A stretch of DNA of 64,000 nt, taken from positions 185,988 through 249,987 of the forward strand of contig JAPKZK010000038.1 in the NCBI GenBank assembly GCA_026393835.1, given 5' to 3'. The notes beneath the pieces were generated by a model. That model saw only the letters and a list, made by a program, of their open reading frames with translations, was not told the DNA's origin and searched no databases. The translations under genes and the position numbers were made by a program. Below, in pieces: positions 8,737-20,037 of the stretch. Source of the stretch: Candidatus Aminicenantes bacterium. Its GTDB lineage: Bacteria; Acidobacteriota; Aminicenantia; UBA2199. How positions within the stretch are numbered: the first letter of the stretch is position 1; every line of letters begins with the position of its first letter.

Positions 8737-11253
8737 ATGAAACAGGTAAAGAAAATCTTTTTTTTAACGCTGTTATTATCTATATTTAATGCGCTCTCGC
8801 TTTCCCTCCCGGTATTCTCCCAGCAGCCGGAGATTATGAACAGCGCAAAGTTAAAAATCGCGCTGGAGAAGCTGCAGGTGCTGGGCAGCGCCCTGTACAT
8901 CGGCGCCCACCCGGATGATGAAAACACGGCGCTGCTGGCATGGCTTTCCCGCGAGAAAAAGGTGCGGGCGGCGTATCTCTCGGTGACGCGGGGCGAGGGT
9001 GGGCAGAACCTGCTGGGCGCGGAAAAAGGCCCCCTGATGGGCGTGCTCCGTACTTACGAACTGCTCCAGGCCCGGCAATTGGACGGCGCGGAACAATTTT
9101 TTACCCGGGCCGTGGATTTCGGTTACTCCAAAACAGCAAAGGAATCCCTGGCTTTCTGGGGAGAAAAAAATATCCTGGAAGACATGGTGTTTGTGATCCG
9201 CAAATTCCAACCGGATGTGCTGTTCAGCCGTTTCCCCGTCGATCCCGCAATGGGCGGCGGCCACGGCCATCATACGGCTTCGGGTATTTTGCTCCTGGAA
9301 GCGTTTAAAGCCGCCGGCGATGCGTCGCGATTCCCTGAACAACTGGAATACGTTTCTACCTGGCAGCCCAAACGGATTCTCTGGAATACCTGGCAACCTT
9401 ATATGAAAGATTTTAAACCGGAAGACCTGGTGAAATTTATTACAGTGGATGCGGGCGTCTATAACCCGCTGTTGGGGCAATCCTACGATGAAATCGCGGC
9501 CCTGAGCCGCAGTATGCATAAAAGCCAGGGTTTCGGCGCCATACCCCGGCGCAATATGCGACTGGAGTACTTTCAAGTGCTGGACGGCGAACCAACGAAG
9601 AATGACCTGTTCGAAGGCGTCGATATTTCCTGGAACCGGCTCCGCGTCGCCGTTCCCGGCTCGGAAAAGGTCCGCCAACTGCTGGAAAAAGCCGATAAGT
9701 CCTTTCAATTCGAGCACCCGCAAAAGATTCTACCGCTTCTTATGGAAGCCCTCTCCCTGCTTAAGGCCCTGCCCCCATCCCACTGGATAATAATAAAAAC
9801 AAGGGAACTGGAAGAAGTAATCCGCTCCTGCGCCGGCCTCTGGTTGGATGCCGCGGCTGAAACCCCGGAAGTAACCCCGGGCCAGGAAATTAAAGTGAAT
9901 GTCATGGCAATCAACCGCTCGGATTTTCCTTTTTCCATTAAAAAAATCATAGTCCCGGGGGAAAATAAAGAGATTGAAGTCAATCAACCGCTGCCCATCA
10001 ACCAGCCGCTGACCCGCGATTTTATGATGAAAATTTCGGAAACGGAATTTACGCATCCTTACTGGCTGAGAGAAAAACCCCAAAAGGGCATCAATATTAC
10101 GGCGAATCATGAGTTCAGGGGATTGGCGGTCGCGCCGTACCCGTTTAATTTACAAGTGGTGCTGGAGGCCGATGGCCGCGAAGTCTCCCTGGAAACCCCG
10201 GTGATCTACCGCCAACGCGACCCGGTAGAGGGAGAAAAAATCCGGGACCTGGTGGTCACTCCCCCGGCAACCGTGAACTTCACGGAAGAGGTGTTCTACT
10301 TCCCCGGCAAAGAGCCGCAAACCATTGCGCTGGTCCTGCGCAGCGGCCCGGCGCCGGCAACCGGCAGTTTAAAACTCATCCTCCCTGCTTCCTGGAAAGT
10401 GGATCCGGCAATGCTTTCGTTTAAGATCGATGAGCCCTTTTCCGAGAAAAAGGTATCTTTCACGGTCACGCCCCCTGCCAAAGATAGTGCCGTGTGCGCG
10501 GCCACGGCCGAAATTACCGTGGGCGACCGCGTTTACGATCGCAGCCGGGTTACCATTCGCTATTCTCACGTGCCGCTGCTGACCCTACACCCCCAGGCGG
10601 AAGCCCGGTTGGCGCCAATGGATTTAAAAAGAACCGGCCAACGCATCGGTTATATTATGGGTTCCGGCGATGATATCCCGGGCTACCTCAACCAGGTGGG
10701 CTACCGCGTAGACTTGCTCTCCGACGAAGATTTGTTTAACCGCGACCTGGCGCAGTATGATGCGATTATTACCGGCGTCCGGGCTTATAATACCCGCGAT
10801 ATCCTGAAATTCGTACAGGGTCGTTTGCTGGAATATGCCGCCAACGGCGGCCGCTTGATCCTTCAATATAACGTGGCCCGCGGTTTGAAAATCGAACCGG
10901 TGGGCCCCTACCCGATTCAATTATCCCAGCAGCGCGTGTCTGAAGAAGACGCCGTCGTTACCCTGTTAGACCCCACACATCCCTTGTTTCATTTTCCCAA
11001 TGAAATCCTACCTACGGATTTTGACGGCTGGGTGCAGGAACGGGGCCTCTATTTTGCGGACAAATGGGATGAGAAGTATACCGCCCTGCTGTCCTGCCGC
11101 GACGAAGGCGAAGAACCGCAAAACGGCGGCCTGCTGTTTACCCGGTACGGAAAAGGCGTGTTTATCTACAGCGGCTATTCCTTCTTCCGCCAGTTACCGG
11201 CCGGCGTCCCGGGCGCATTGAAACTGTTTGTTAATATGATTTCGGTTAAATAG
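8737..11253 (+). CDS. Exported PIG-L/LmbE family deacetylase, long form
   Basis: AHPDDE, TRGEGGQN, DFGYSK, HGHH, HKSQGFG, WVQERGLYF, FFRQLPAGVPGA. Confidence 0.9.
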   Translation: MKQVKKIFFLTLLLSIFNALSLSLPVFSQQPEIMNSAKLKIALEKLQVLGSALYIGAHPDDENTALLAWLSREKKVRAAYLSVTRGEGGQNLLGAEKGPLMGVLRTYELLQARQLDGAEQFFTRAVDFGYSKTAKESLAFWGEKNILEDMVFVIRKFQPDVLFSRFPVDPAMGGGHGHHTASGILLLEAFKAAGDASRFPEQLEYVSTWQPKRILWNTWQPYMKDFKPEDLVKFITVDAGVYNPLLGQSYDEIAALSRSMHKSQGFGAIPRRNMRLEYFQVLDGEPTKNDLFEGVDISWNRLRVAVPGSEKVRQLLEKADKSFQFEHPQKILPLLMEALSLLKALPPSHWIIIKTRELEEVIRSCAGLWLDAAAETPEVTPGQEIKVNVMAINRSDFPFSIKKIIVPGENKEIEVNQPLPINQPLTRDFMMKISETEFTHPYWLREKPQKGINITANHEFRGLAVAPYPFNLQVVLEADGREVSLETPVIYRQRDPVEGEKIRDLVVTPPATVNFTEEVFYFPGKEPQTIALVLRSGPAPATGSLKLILPASWKVDPAMLSFKIDEPFSEKKVSFTVTPPAKDSAVCAATAEITVGDRVYDRSRVTIRYSHVPLLTLHPQAEARLAPMDLKRTGQRIGYIMGSGDDIPGYLNQVGYRVDLLSDEDLFNRDLAQYDAIITGVRAYNTRDILKFVQGRLLEYAANGGRLILQYNVARGLKIEPVGPYPIQLSQQRVSEEDAVVTLLDPTHPLFHFPNEILPTDFDGWVQERGLYFADKWDEKYTALLSCRDEGEEPQNGGLLFTRYGKGVFIYSGYSFFRQLPAGVPGALKLFVNMISVK

Positions 11254-11257
11254 AATT

Positions 11258-11380
<123 letters not shown>

Positions 11381-11419
11381 TTTTCCCTGGACCACCAAAA
11401 ACTTTTGTTTAGGAGGAAA

Positions 11420-11557
11420 ATGATAACTATGGAAGACACAGATAAAGAAGAAGCCCCGCCCATTCTCAAATCCTGGCGAAACCTCTACCTCGTCGTCCTG
11501 GCCCACCTCATCGCCTGGATAACCTTCCTCGCTTTCTTCACACGGATATTCAAATGA
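11420..11557 (+). CDS. Small single-TM protein (45 aa) coupled to the SSS transporter
   Basis: AGGAGG RBS; MITMEDTDKEEAPPILKSWRNLYLVVLAHLIAWITFLAFFTRIFK; ATGA overlap with the next gene. Confidence 0.75.
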   Translation: MITMEDTDKEEAPPILKSWRNLYLVVLAHLIAWITFLAFFTRIFK

Positions 11558-13248
11558 GCGCCATCGACTGGTCCGTATTAATCCTTTCCCTTGTTTTTAT
11601 CGTCATATACGGCGTGTACAAAGGAAGGGGCAGCAAAGACATCACCGGTTATTTAATGGCCGACCGCAATATCCGGTGGTATATCGTCACCCTTTCCGTC
11701 ATGGCCACCCAGGCCAGCGCCATTACGTTTATCTCCACGCCCGGCCAGGCCTACAGCGACGGCATGCGGTTTATACAATTCTATTTAGGACTCCCCCTGG
11801 CCATGATCGTGCTTTCTATCACGGCGATTCCCCTTTTCCATAAACTCAAGGTTTTTACCGCTTACGAATACCTCGAAAACCGTTTCGATCTAAAAACCCG
11901 CGGCCTGGCCGCCGGTTTGTTTTTAATTCAACGGGGATTGGCTTCCGGGTTGACCATCTATGCCCCGGCCATTATCTTATCCACGCTCCTGGGATTGAAT
12001 ATATATATAACCAACCTTATCCTCGGCGGCCTGGTCATCATATACACCGCTTCCGGCGGCAGCAAAGCCGTAAGCTGGACCCAGACCCAGCAAATGATTA
12101 TTATTTTCTTCGCCATGGCCGGCGCTGTTTTCATGATCCTCCACCTCCTGCCCCAGGACGTATCGGTTACCGATGCCCTTTTCGTGGCCGGGAAAATGGG
12201 AAAATTAAACGCCATCGATTTTTCTTTTGATTTGAATAACCGTTACAATATCTGGTCCGGCGTCATCGGCGGATTTTTCCTGGCCCTTTCTTATTTCGGG
12301 ACAGACCAATCCCAGGTGCAGCGTTACCTCACCGGGAAATCCATTACTCACAGCCGGTTGGGGTTGCTGGCCAATGGCGTGGTAAAAGTTCCCATGCAAG
12401 TTTTCATACTCCTTTTGGGGGTGTTTGTGTTTGTTTTTTACCAGTTCACTGCGCCGCCATTATTCTTTAATTCAGTGGAGAGCCGGAATGTCAGGGCCGG
12501 TCGATTGGGGGAACAATACAGACAGGTGGAGCAGCAATACGAAACCGCCTGTCAAGAAAAAAGCGGGTTGATAAAACAATTGGTGCAAGCCCGGCATAAC
12601 AATGATGACATAGCCCTGTCTGTTGCGGGGCGGCAACTTGATTTGGCGGAACAAAAAGTTTCCGGTCTCAAGGCGCAGGGCGCAGCGTTAATTCGGCGGC
12701 ATACCGCCAATAAAGACACCGGCGACACCAATTACATATTCCTTTTCTTCGTATTAAAGTATATACCCGTGGGGCTTTTAGGGTTGATTATTGCCGCGAT
12801 ATTTGCCGCGTCCATGTCTTCCACGTCTTCGGAACTTAACGCCCTGGCTTCCACCACAATGGTGGATATATACAAGCGGATGTTGAAGAAAGACGGCAGC
12901 GATAGGCATTACCTGGTGGTATCGAAAGCCATGACCGTCGGGTGGGGAATTTTTGCCATTATGTTTGCCCAGTATGCCAACCGGTTGGGAACGTTGATAG
13001 AGGCCGTGAATATATTAGGTTCGTTGTTTTACGGGACCATCCTGGGAATTTTCCTGACAGCGTTTTATTTAAAATCCATACGTGGGGCGGCGGCGTTTTA
13101 TGCGGCGATTGTTGCCGAGGTTGGGGTTGTTTTATGTTTCTTATTTACCCAAATCTCGTATCTCTGGTATAATGTAGTGGGTTGTTTCCTGGTTATCATA
13201 TTTTCCATCCCCATCGATCGATTCCTTCAACGAAGGAAGACGCGCTGA
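11554..13248 (+). CDS. Sodium:solute symporter family protein
   Basis: SVMATQASAITFISTPG, TAYEYLENRF, GTDQSQVQRYL, AASMSSTSSELNAL; many TM helices. Confidence 0.92.
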   Translation: MSAIDWSVLILSLVFIVIYGVYKGRGSKDITGYLMADRNIRWYIVTLSVMATQASAITFISTPGQAYSDGMRFIQFYLGLPLAMIVLSITAIPLFHKLKVFTAYEYLENRFDLKTRGLAAGLFLIQRGLASGLTIYAPAIILSTLLGLNIYITNLILGGLVIIYTASGGSKAVSWTQTQQMIIIFFAMAGAVFMILHLLPQDVSVTDALFVAGKMGKLNAIDFSFDLNNRYNIWSGVIGGFFLALSYFGTDQSQVQRYLTGKSITHSRLGLLANGVVKVPMQVFILLLGVFVFVFYQFTAPPLFFNSVESRNVRAGRLGEQYRQVEQQYETACQEKSGLIKQLVQARHNNDDIALSVAGRQLDLAEQKVSGLKAQGAALIRRHTANKDTGDTNYIFLFFVLKYIPVGLLGLIIAAIFAASMSSTSSELNALASTTMVDIYKRMLKKDGSDRHYLVVSKAMTVGWGIFAIMFAQYANRLGTLIEAVNILGSLFYGTILGIFLTAFYLKSIRGAAAFYAAIVAEVGVVLCFLFTQISYLWYNVVGCFLVIIFSIPIDRFLQRRKTR

Positions 13249-13537
13249 CCAAAAATTTTGGGAGTACAGGATAAAAGAAGAGCTGAAAAAAATCAGGGCA
13301 AGAAAAGAAGGGCTACACGAGAAATCTTCTTTTTTATCTTAATAGGGCAGACACGGGGGTCTGCCCCTACAGGGAAATGGCAAAACCCCCGAGGGGAACG
13401 ACAAAACCACCGGGGGGATTGAGAAAGGGAGAGTGTATAAGGTTCCATTTTCATAGGCGGTAAACACTTTCGTGGGCCGCGTGGGAGATATGGCAATATA
13501 TTCGGGTATCCAGGGAAGCGGCAGGGCTTAAGGCATT

Positions 13538-13791
13538 CTAACTGGGCGCCTCATCATTCTCGAAAATATCTTTAATATAGGCTTCAATCCTATTTATGAA
13601 TTTTTCTGCATTTTCAAATTGCTTCTTAGCATCATCATAACACGCAATGTAGAAATCATCATAATTGAATAATAAGACCTGTTGATAGATTGGGAAAATT
13701 TTTTATTTTCCAGGTTTAATTTAGATACCCCAAGGTCATCCTTTGCCTTTTCCAATCTGTATTTTGATAAATCAAGCCGCGTCTCTTCCAT
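13538..13791 (-). pseudogene. HEPN toxin with central deletion and frameshift
   Basis: MEETRLDLSKYRLEKAKDDL..SINRSYYS jumps, with a frame change, to YDDFYIACYDDAKKQFENAEKFINRIEAYI; the middle of the domain is missing. Confidence 0.8.
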
Positions 13792-14140
13792 AGATTTCAA
13801 CCCCTTCATCATAAACATTTCTATAGAAAGGTAAAACTTCCTGGTATTTTTTATAGCGGGTATAGGGAACCTCTATTAAGGAAATCAATTTCTCATGCTT
13901 CATAGACAACTCGCCCATAATATCCGCCACGACATCACTAAATTTCCTTAACCTCTCCTCTGTTTCATCCACCAAAATCATGATATCGATGTCGGATTCG
14001 GTATCCTGGTCTTCCCTGGCGTAGGAACCAAACAAAATCAATTGTTTCAATCCATCTCCGAATACTTTCCTTGTTTCTTCCTTCACATCTGCCAAAACAG
14101 ATAAGAGATATTTATCATTTATAGTTTTTACCGACCTCAT
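13772..14140 (-). CDS. Minimal nucleotidyltransferase (MNT) antitoxin
   Basis: ILFGSYAREDQDTESDIDIMIL; overlaps the HEPN start. Confidence 0.88.
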   Translation of the reverse strand: MRSVKTINDKYLLSVLADVKEETRKVFGDGLKQLILFGSYAREDQDTESDIDIMILVDETEERLRKFSDVVADIMGELSMKHEKLISLIEVPYTRYKKYQEVLPFYRNVYDEGVEIYGRDAA

Positions 14141-14367
14141 TCAGCGCCTCGCATTAACCGGGAATCTATTTTTTATCTTCATGGTATAGATTATAATATT
14201 AAAATTCTTTTTGTGCAACATTTAACATTTTCACGTTTTCACTTCAATTCTTCAAACTCGAACATGGTCGCCGCGCCGTTCAGGTTGGAGGTAAACACTT
14301 TCGTGGAAAAGGGGATATACAAGAAATCTTCCTTAATAGGGCAGACACTTTTACCCGGAGTTGATCA

Positions 14368-14910
14368 TTAGCAATAAAACGTCTTAATATTTCTTCCCGA
14401 TTTTTCCTTTCCTTTTTGAGTGATGTAGTAGGTGATCATCCCCAGGATTCGTTGTTTGTAATCGGTCAATACTTTATCGATGGGATTTTTGAAGAGTTGC
14501 GAAAGGATATACTGGATTTCCCACATGCTGCCGCCGACGGCATCCCGGATTTTTTCAGCATCTCCCCGGTTGAGCGTGTAATCCTTTATCCTGGAATATT
14601 TTTCCAGGTTCAGCAGCCATTCCATTACATTTTTTTTCTTGAGATAATCCACCTCATAAAACGCCGCGCACTTTTTGAGTCTCGAATCGTTGTAAACCGT
14701 ATTCAAGAAGCATCCATCCGAGGAAGCGACGATAATATGAACCAGGTGAGCCTGTTTGGTCAGGGCCACGAAAAAATTAAACAATGCAGTGATGAATAAG
14801 CGGTTTTTGTCATTAGCAAAGTAAATTTTTTCCAGGAGTTTCCTCTTCACTGCGGCATCGATCTTGAAAAAAACCGGGGTTTTCTTTTTCATGTCCAGGT
14901 TATCCGCCAT
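14368..14910 (-). pseudogene. Degenerate partial paralog of the upstream ATPase
   Basis: Aligns with 14943-16040 but lacks the N-terminus and the Walker B segment (LLEK|IYFAND) and is frameshifted at the 3' end. Confidence 0.8.
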
Positions 14911-14942
14911 AAGAGCTAATTCGCGTCATTCGTGGGCTGCTT

Positions 14943-16040
14943 TTATTTTTCTATACTTTCAAAATATAATTTTATTCCCCACTGATAGCTTTTCCCCTGG
15001 GGGTAATATAAGGCTTCGGTGGGGTCAAAGTAGAGGATATTGTTGCGAACCAAATTTTGTAATAAATGATCGATTTCAACCGGGGTGATTCCCCCGGCAA
15101 TAAAGTCTCTCAGGCGTGCGGTTTCTTGTTTTAGAAACACGCGCAGTACTTTTTCTTTTTGTATATCGGCGCCGATATAGTATTCGATCATTCCTTTAAT
15201 TTTCTTTTTATACAGGTGGAGAACTTCATCGATGGGCTCTTCGAAAAGATGCGAAAGTATATTCTGGATTTCCCACATACTGCCGCCAACGGTATCCCAG
15301 ATTTTTCCCGCGTCGGCTTCAGTTAAGGTATAATCCTTTATTTTCGAGTATTTCTCCAGGTTCAGCAGCCATTCCATTACATCTTCTTTTTTGAGATAAT
15401 CCACTTTATAAAACTCCGAGCACTTTTTGAGTTTGGAATCGTTATACACTGTATTCAAAAAATATCCATCCGAGGAAGCGATGATGATATGCGCCAGGTG
15501 GGCCTGTTTGGTCATGGCCACAAAGAAATTGAACAACGCCGTGATTAATTGGCGGTCTTTGTCATTATCGAGATAAATTTTATCCAGGGCCTGGAGTTCA
15601 TCGATAATCAAAACGGGTTTAATACCTTTCCGGGTAAGTTCCAGGAATTCGGCTTTCATCACTTTAAAGGGATCGGCCCGTTTTTCAAGAATTTTCTTTT
15701 CCACCGAAGCATCGATTTTAAAAAAACCGATATTGATATTGGATGCCCGGGATTCCTTTTTTTCCCCGTGGGTCTCAATGTTAAAAAAAGTTTTAAGGAA
15801 ATCATCATATACATTGGTGAAGGTTTCGCGGAGGTCCATGAATTTGACATCCACTTTTTGTTCCTGCTGGATTTGTTCCAGGAATTTGTAGAGCAGGGTG
15901 GTTTTACCCGAAGATTTGGGGCCGTGAATAAAAAGGATTTCCGAAGGTCGCCTATTGACGAAAAGCCTTAAATCGGATAATTCTTTATCCCTATCGATGA
16001 ATGCGACATCCTGGCGGTAAGGTTCATTCTTTTCTTTCAT
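14943..16040 (-). CDS. Archaeal-type (ATPase_2/COG1672-like) P-loop ATPase
   Basis: FIDRDKEL, HGPKSSGKTT, LIIDELQ; start MKEKN, 6 nt after TTGATA-17-TATAAT. Confidence 0.85.
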   Translation of the reverse strand: MKEKNEPYRQDVAFIDRDKELSDLRLFVNRRPSEILFIHGPKSSGKTTLLYKFLEQIQQEQKVDVKFMDLRETFTNVYDDFLKTFFNIETHGEKKESRASNINIGFFKIDASVEKKILEKRADPFKVMKAEFLELTRKGIKPVLIIDELQALDKIYLDNDKDRQLITALFNFFVAMTKQAHLAHIIIASSDGYFLNTVYNDSKLKKCSEFYKVDYLKKEDVMEWLLNLEKYSKIKDYTLTEADAGKIWDTVGGSMWEIQNILSHLFEEPIDEVLHLYKKKIKGMIEYYIGADIQKEKVLRVFLKQETARLRDFIAGGITPVEIDHLLQNLVRNNILYFDPTEALYYPQGKSYQWGIKLYFESIEK

Positions 16041-16750
16041 GATGAGATTATAGCATGTACGGATTTTTTTATCAACTCCCGCCATTTAAATAAACATTGC
16101 TTCCTTTTTCTTGCTCCTGATTCACAGTTTTGTTCATTGCCCCTTTGTTATTTGTTTGTGGTTTGAGGTTTGGAATTTGTGATTTGCTTTTAAACTCTTA
16201 ATAGGGTGCCCGCGTCTCGTCACCGGGGACAGTAGGTATAAGTGTATAAACTTGATGTCCTAATGGCTGAGGAAGAGATGCCATAAATATCCGGGGATAT
16301 ATCCCGACTGTCCCGTTCCTCCCCCATTGCTTGCTGCCGGTCCACCTGGTATCCCGACCACAACATCATATTGTCCAGCGCCGTATGGATGAGCACTTAT
16401 TTCCCTTAAGATGATATTCGGGACAGGCCAATTTTTTCCAATATGGGGCCTTTTCTATGTGCTGATAGTCGTCGTTAAAGTGGCCCTGGAACATCTGGTT
16501 TTTACGACGCTCAACGCGATGTGAAATGGATATTTGTCAATATCCCTTTAGCATCTACCGTTATTGCGATTTTTCTTGTCGGTTTCAATTGTCTTTGTCC
16601 TGGTTTGTCATCATATTTATCTCCTGCTGTTCAGGTAGAGGATTCCTTTTCCACTGCCCTTTTCACCAGTCCCGTCTCGCCGCTATTTGATCTTAAAAGA
16701 GGAAAATTCGTGTAATTCGTGGGCCCTATTTTTTCAACCCATTGCGCTCT

Positions 16751-18118
16751 CTATTTCACATAAACCGTTTTGATATTGACAAACTCCTTGATGCCGTAAT
16801 GCGACAATTCCCGGCCGTAACCGCTTTCTTTGATGCCGCCGAAAGGCAACCGCGGATCGGAACGGACAAAGGTATTAACAAAACAATTCCCGGATTGGAT
16901 TTCTTGTTCAGCCAGGCGGGTTCCTTTCGCGATGTCCCGGGTAAAAATGGCCGCGCCCAACCCGAAATTGGAATCATTGGCGGTGCGTACGGCTTCCGCT
17001 TCGTCTTTTACCGGGATAATGGCCGCCGCCGGACCGAACAATTCCTCGTCGTAGGCGGGCATGCCTTTTTTGACATCGGTTAAAACCGTCGGGGGGTAGA
17101 ACGCGCCCTTCCCGGCGGGAATCTCGCCGCCCAGCAAACACCCAGCGCCTTTGGCAATGCTTTCTTTCACCTGGCGATGCAGGTCGTCCCGCAGATCATG
17201 CCGCGCCTGGGGGCCGACTTTCACCGTCTCGTCCAACGGATCGCCCATTTTATACGTTTTCATCTTTTCCACAAAAAGTTCTTCGAATCTCTTTCTCACC
17301 TTCTCCACCACGATAAACCGTTTGGCGGCAATGCAACTCTGACCGGCGTTCATTAAGCGACTCAACACGCACGTGTTTACGGTTTCCTCCAGGTCCGCGT
17401 CTTCCAGGACAATATAAGGATCGCTGCCCCCCAGTTCCAGAACGGTTTTTTTCAGCATCTGCCCGGCTTTAGCGGCCACCGCTTTACCGGCGGGCGTACT
17501 GCCCGTTAACGTAACCGCCATGACCAGGGGGTTTTCGATTACTGCCGATACCTGGCTGCTGCCGATCATTAACAAGCGAAATACATTGTCCGGGAACCCC
17601 GCTTTTTTAAACACCTCTGCGATTGCCAGGGCACAGCCCGGGACATTGGAAGCGTGTTTCAGGAGACATGTATTTCCCGCCATCAGGGCCGGAGCGGCAA
17701 AACGGAAGACCTGCCAGAAAGGGAAATTCCAGGGCATCACTGCCAGCACCGCACCCAGCGGTTGGAAAGAGACAAAGCTCCGGGAGGCGTCTGTTGGAAC
17801 CGGTTCCGGTTGCAGGTATTTTTCCGCGGTTTCAGCGTAGAAATCGCAGGCCGCGGCGCATTTATTCACTTCGGCGCGGCCCTCGTTTAGAGGTTTGCCC
17901 ATTTCCAGGGCCATGAGTGTGGCATATTCGTTCACGTTGTCCCGCAGAATCCGCGCCGCTTTTTTCAGCGGCCCGGAACGGTCGGCAAAAGACCTATTGC
18001 GCCAGTGGTGAAATGCGCTGTGGCATGATTGGATTACGTGTTCGACTTCTTCGCCCGACATAGTGGGGTAAGTTTTTATCACTTCTCCGGTTGTGGGGTT
18101 AATGGCTTCCATTGACAT
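16751..18118 (-). CDS. gabD: NAD(P)-dependent succinate-semialdehyde dehydrogenase
   Basis: VMPWNFPFWQ, KHASNVP, TGSTPAG, ELGGSDP, NAGQSCIAAKR, EELFGP, PFGGIKESGYGREL. Confidence 0.88.
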   Translation of the reverse strand: MSMEAINPTTGEVIKTYPTMSGEEVEHVIQSCHSAFHHWRNRSFADRSGPLKKAARILRDNVNEYATLMALEMGKPLNEGRAEVNKCAAACDFYAETAEKYLQPEPVPTDASRSFVSFQPLGAVLAVMPWNFPFWQVFRFAAPALMAGNTCLLKHASNVPGCALAIAEVFKKAGFPDNVFRLLMIGSSQVSAVIENPLVMAVTLTGSTPAGKAVAAKAGQMLKKTVLELGGSDPYIVLEDADLEETVNTCVLSRLMNAGQSCIAAKRFIVVEKVRKRFEELFVEKMKTYKMGDPLDETVKVGPQARHDLRDDLHRQVKESIAKGAGCLLGGEIPAGKGAFYPPTVLTDVKKGMPAYDEELFGPAAAIIPVKDEAEAVRTANDSNFGLGAAIFTRDIAKGTRLAEQEIQSGNCFVNTFVRSDPRLPFGGIKESGYGRELSHYGIKEFVNIKTVYVK

Positions 18119-18262
18119 CGGTTACTCCTTCTTACGGTTATTTGGACTTTGATTATAGCATTTTTTTTCTTGAAAAAAAAATATATTTACCATATCATAT
18201 AGCCGTTTCATTGAAAAAAAGAAAAAAAAGAAAAAAGTGAAGACCTACGAATGGAGGAAAAG

Positions 18263-18883
18263 ATGAAAGTTTACATCGTATATTATTCAATGTATGGTCA
18301 TATCCACAGTATGGCGGCTGCCGTCGCCGAAGGCGTAAAAGAAGTAGCCGGCGCGGAAGCTTTTTTACGAAGGGTTCCCGAAACCCTTTCAAGCGAGATA
18401 CTGGGAATGATGGGGGCGTTGGAGCCGCAAAAAATGATGCGGCATATCCCAATTTGCCAGGTGGAGGAGCTGAGAGAGGCGGACGCCCTAATATTCGGAA
18501 CCCCAACCCGGTTCGGCAATATGATTGGGCAAATGCGCCAGTTCCTGGATGCAACGGGCAAGTTGTGGGGGGAAGGCGCGCTGGTCGGGAAAGTAGGGAG
18601 TGTATTCGCCAGTTCCGCTACCCAGCACGGCGGCCAGGAGTCCACTATCCTTAGTTTCCACACGACGCTGCTCCACCATGGTATGATTATTGTGGGGCTG
18701 CCTTATACTTTCAAGGGCCAGATGCGCATCGATGAAATCACCGGCGGCTCCCCTTACGGCGCATCTACCATTGCCGGCGGAAAGGGTGAACGCATGCCCA
18801 GCGAAAACGAATTGGCGGCCGCCCGATTCCAGGGAAAACATGTGGCGGCCATCGCTAAAAAATTAATTAGTAATAAACAGTAG
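18263..18883 (+). CDS. wrbA: NAD(P)H:quinone oxidoreductase, type IV flavoprotein
   Basis: [33 protein letters not shown]. Confidence 0.95.
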   Translation: MKVYIVYYSMYGHIHSMAAAVAEGVKEVAGAEAFLRRVPETLSSEILGMMGALEPQKMMRHIPICQVEELREADALIFGTPTRFGNMIGQMRQFLDATGKLWGEGALVGKVGSVFASSATQHGGQESTILSFHTTLLHHGMIIVGLPYTFKGQMRIDEITGGSPYGASTIAGGKGERMPSENELAAARFQGKHVAAIAKKLISNKQ

Positions 18884-18931
18884 ACAGTTATAATTGATTG
18901 GGAACCCTTTTATGGGCGCCTTCCGTCTACC

Positions 18932-19016
18932 ATGAAAATAGCCACAGAGTGCACAGAGAGCACAGAGAGAAAAATTTTTTTTAACTCTGTGTCCTCCGTG
19001 TCCTCTGTGGCTATTT
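18932..19016. mobile_element. Gene-less inverted-repeat (MITE-like) element with TAGCCAC ends
   Basis: aaatagccacagagtgcacagagagcacagag ... ctctgtgtcctccgtgtcctctgtggctattt. Confidence 0.6.
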
Positions 19017-19665
19017 ATTTATTTTTGCCAGAAAATGTCAGGATTTCACGTGTTATTAAATAGCAGTGTGAAATAAAAACCCGAATGCCTTTTTTTAAAG
19101 CCCGGAGTTCACGTTCCCTGGTGTTTTCCATAGACATATCGTAACTCACCTGGATTAAACGGCTTACTTTCTGATTCTCAAGCACTACAAAATCGACCTC
19201 TTCACCTTTATCATTTCTCCAATAATAAAGATCATATCCTCTTCTTACCAATTCGATAGCCGCCAGGTTTTCAAGCGACCTGCTTTTATCCGGGTTTAAA
19301 GAGAGGTATTTTAAAAAACCGGTATCGACAAAATAGATTTTTCTCGGATACTGCATCTGGTCTTTTACATTGGTGGAATAAAACAATGCCTGGTATAGAA
19401 AGAGGGATTTTTCCATGTAAGAAATATAATTCGAAATGGTATTTTTACTGCACCGGAACCCCATGCTTTGTAACGTATTGGCGAGTTTAGATATCGAAAT
19501 CATCAACGAATTCAAAATTAACCTGACAGTGGCGGATAATAAAGCTTCTTCCCTTATGTTGAAGCGCTCCGCCAGGTCCCGCTGCACCAGGGTCCTGAAA
19601 TATTCTTGTATAACTTCTTTGCATTCCAGGTCATCGGCGTCGAAATGAAATTGGGGGTCAGGCAA
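19015..19665 (-). pseudogene. DUF4143 ATPase fragment, truncated at both ends
   Basis: No Walker motifs; KIYFVDTG, LENLAAIEL, EVDFVV, IQVSY; stops at RERELRALKKGI. Confidence 0.8.
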
Positions 19666-19765
19666 AAATTAACCCTCAACAAAAAAAATCGAAAAAGGAA
19701 TATTCTATCAAATTATTGACATTTAAGGCATTTTCTTCTATTGTATTCACTGGAGGTAATTAAAG

Positions 19766-19981
19766 ATGCGATTTAACATAATAATGGAACCAGCGGAAGA
19801 AGGTGGGTACAATGTAACTGTCCCAGCGCTGGATGGGTGTTTTACCCAGGGTGATACAGAGGAAGAAGCTCTTAAAAATGCCCAGGAAGCGATCTCCTGC
19901 TATCTCGAGGGGCTCGAGAAGTTAAATCAAATTAAAGCCAGGCCAGGAGTTCTTTTGAGAGAACTGGAGGTCTGCCTTTGA
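19766..19981 (+). CDS. hicB: HicB-family antitoxin
   Basis: EEGGYNVTVPALDGCFTQGDTEEEALKNAQEAI; GGAGG RBS. Confidence 0.88.
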   Translation: MRFNIIMEPAEEGGYNVTVPALDGCFTQGDTEEEALKNAQEAISCYLEGLEKLNQIKARPGVLLRELEVCL

Positions 19982-20031
19982 GTAAAACTTTTACCGGGAA
20001 ACAAATTGAGGAATTGAAAGATTTGATTTAA
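19978..20031 (+). pseudogene. Internally deleted hicA remnant (17 aa)
   Basis: GGAGG + TTG overlapping the hicB stop: MSKTFTGKQI|EELKDLI*, resembling HicA N- and C-termini with the GSH core missing. Confidence 0.65.
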
Positions 20032-20037
20032 TTATAT

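Noticed and set aside
16190-16720. Possible decayed gene between the ATPase and gabD
   Set aside because: Only short stop-interrupted frames with no recognisable family.
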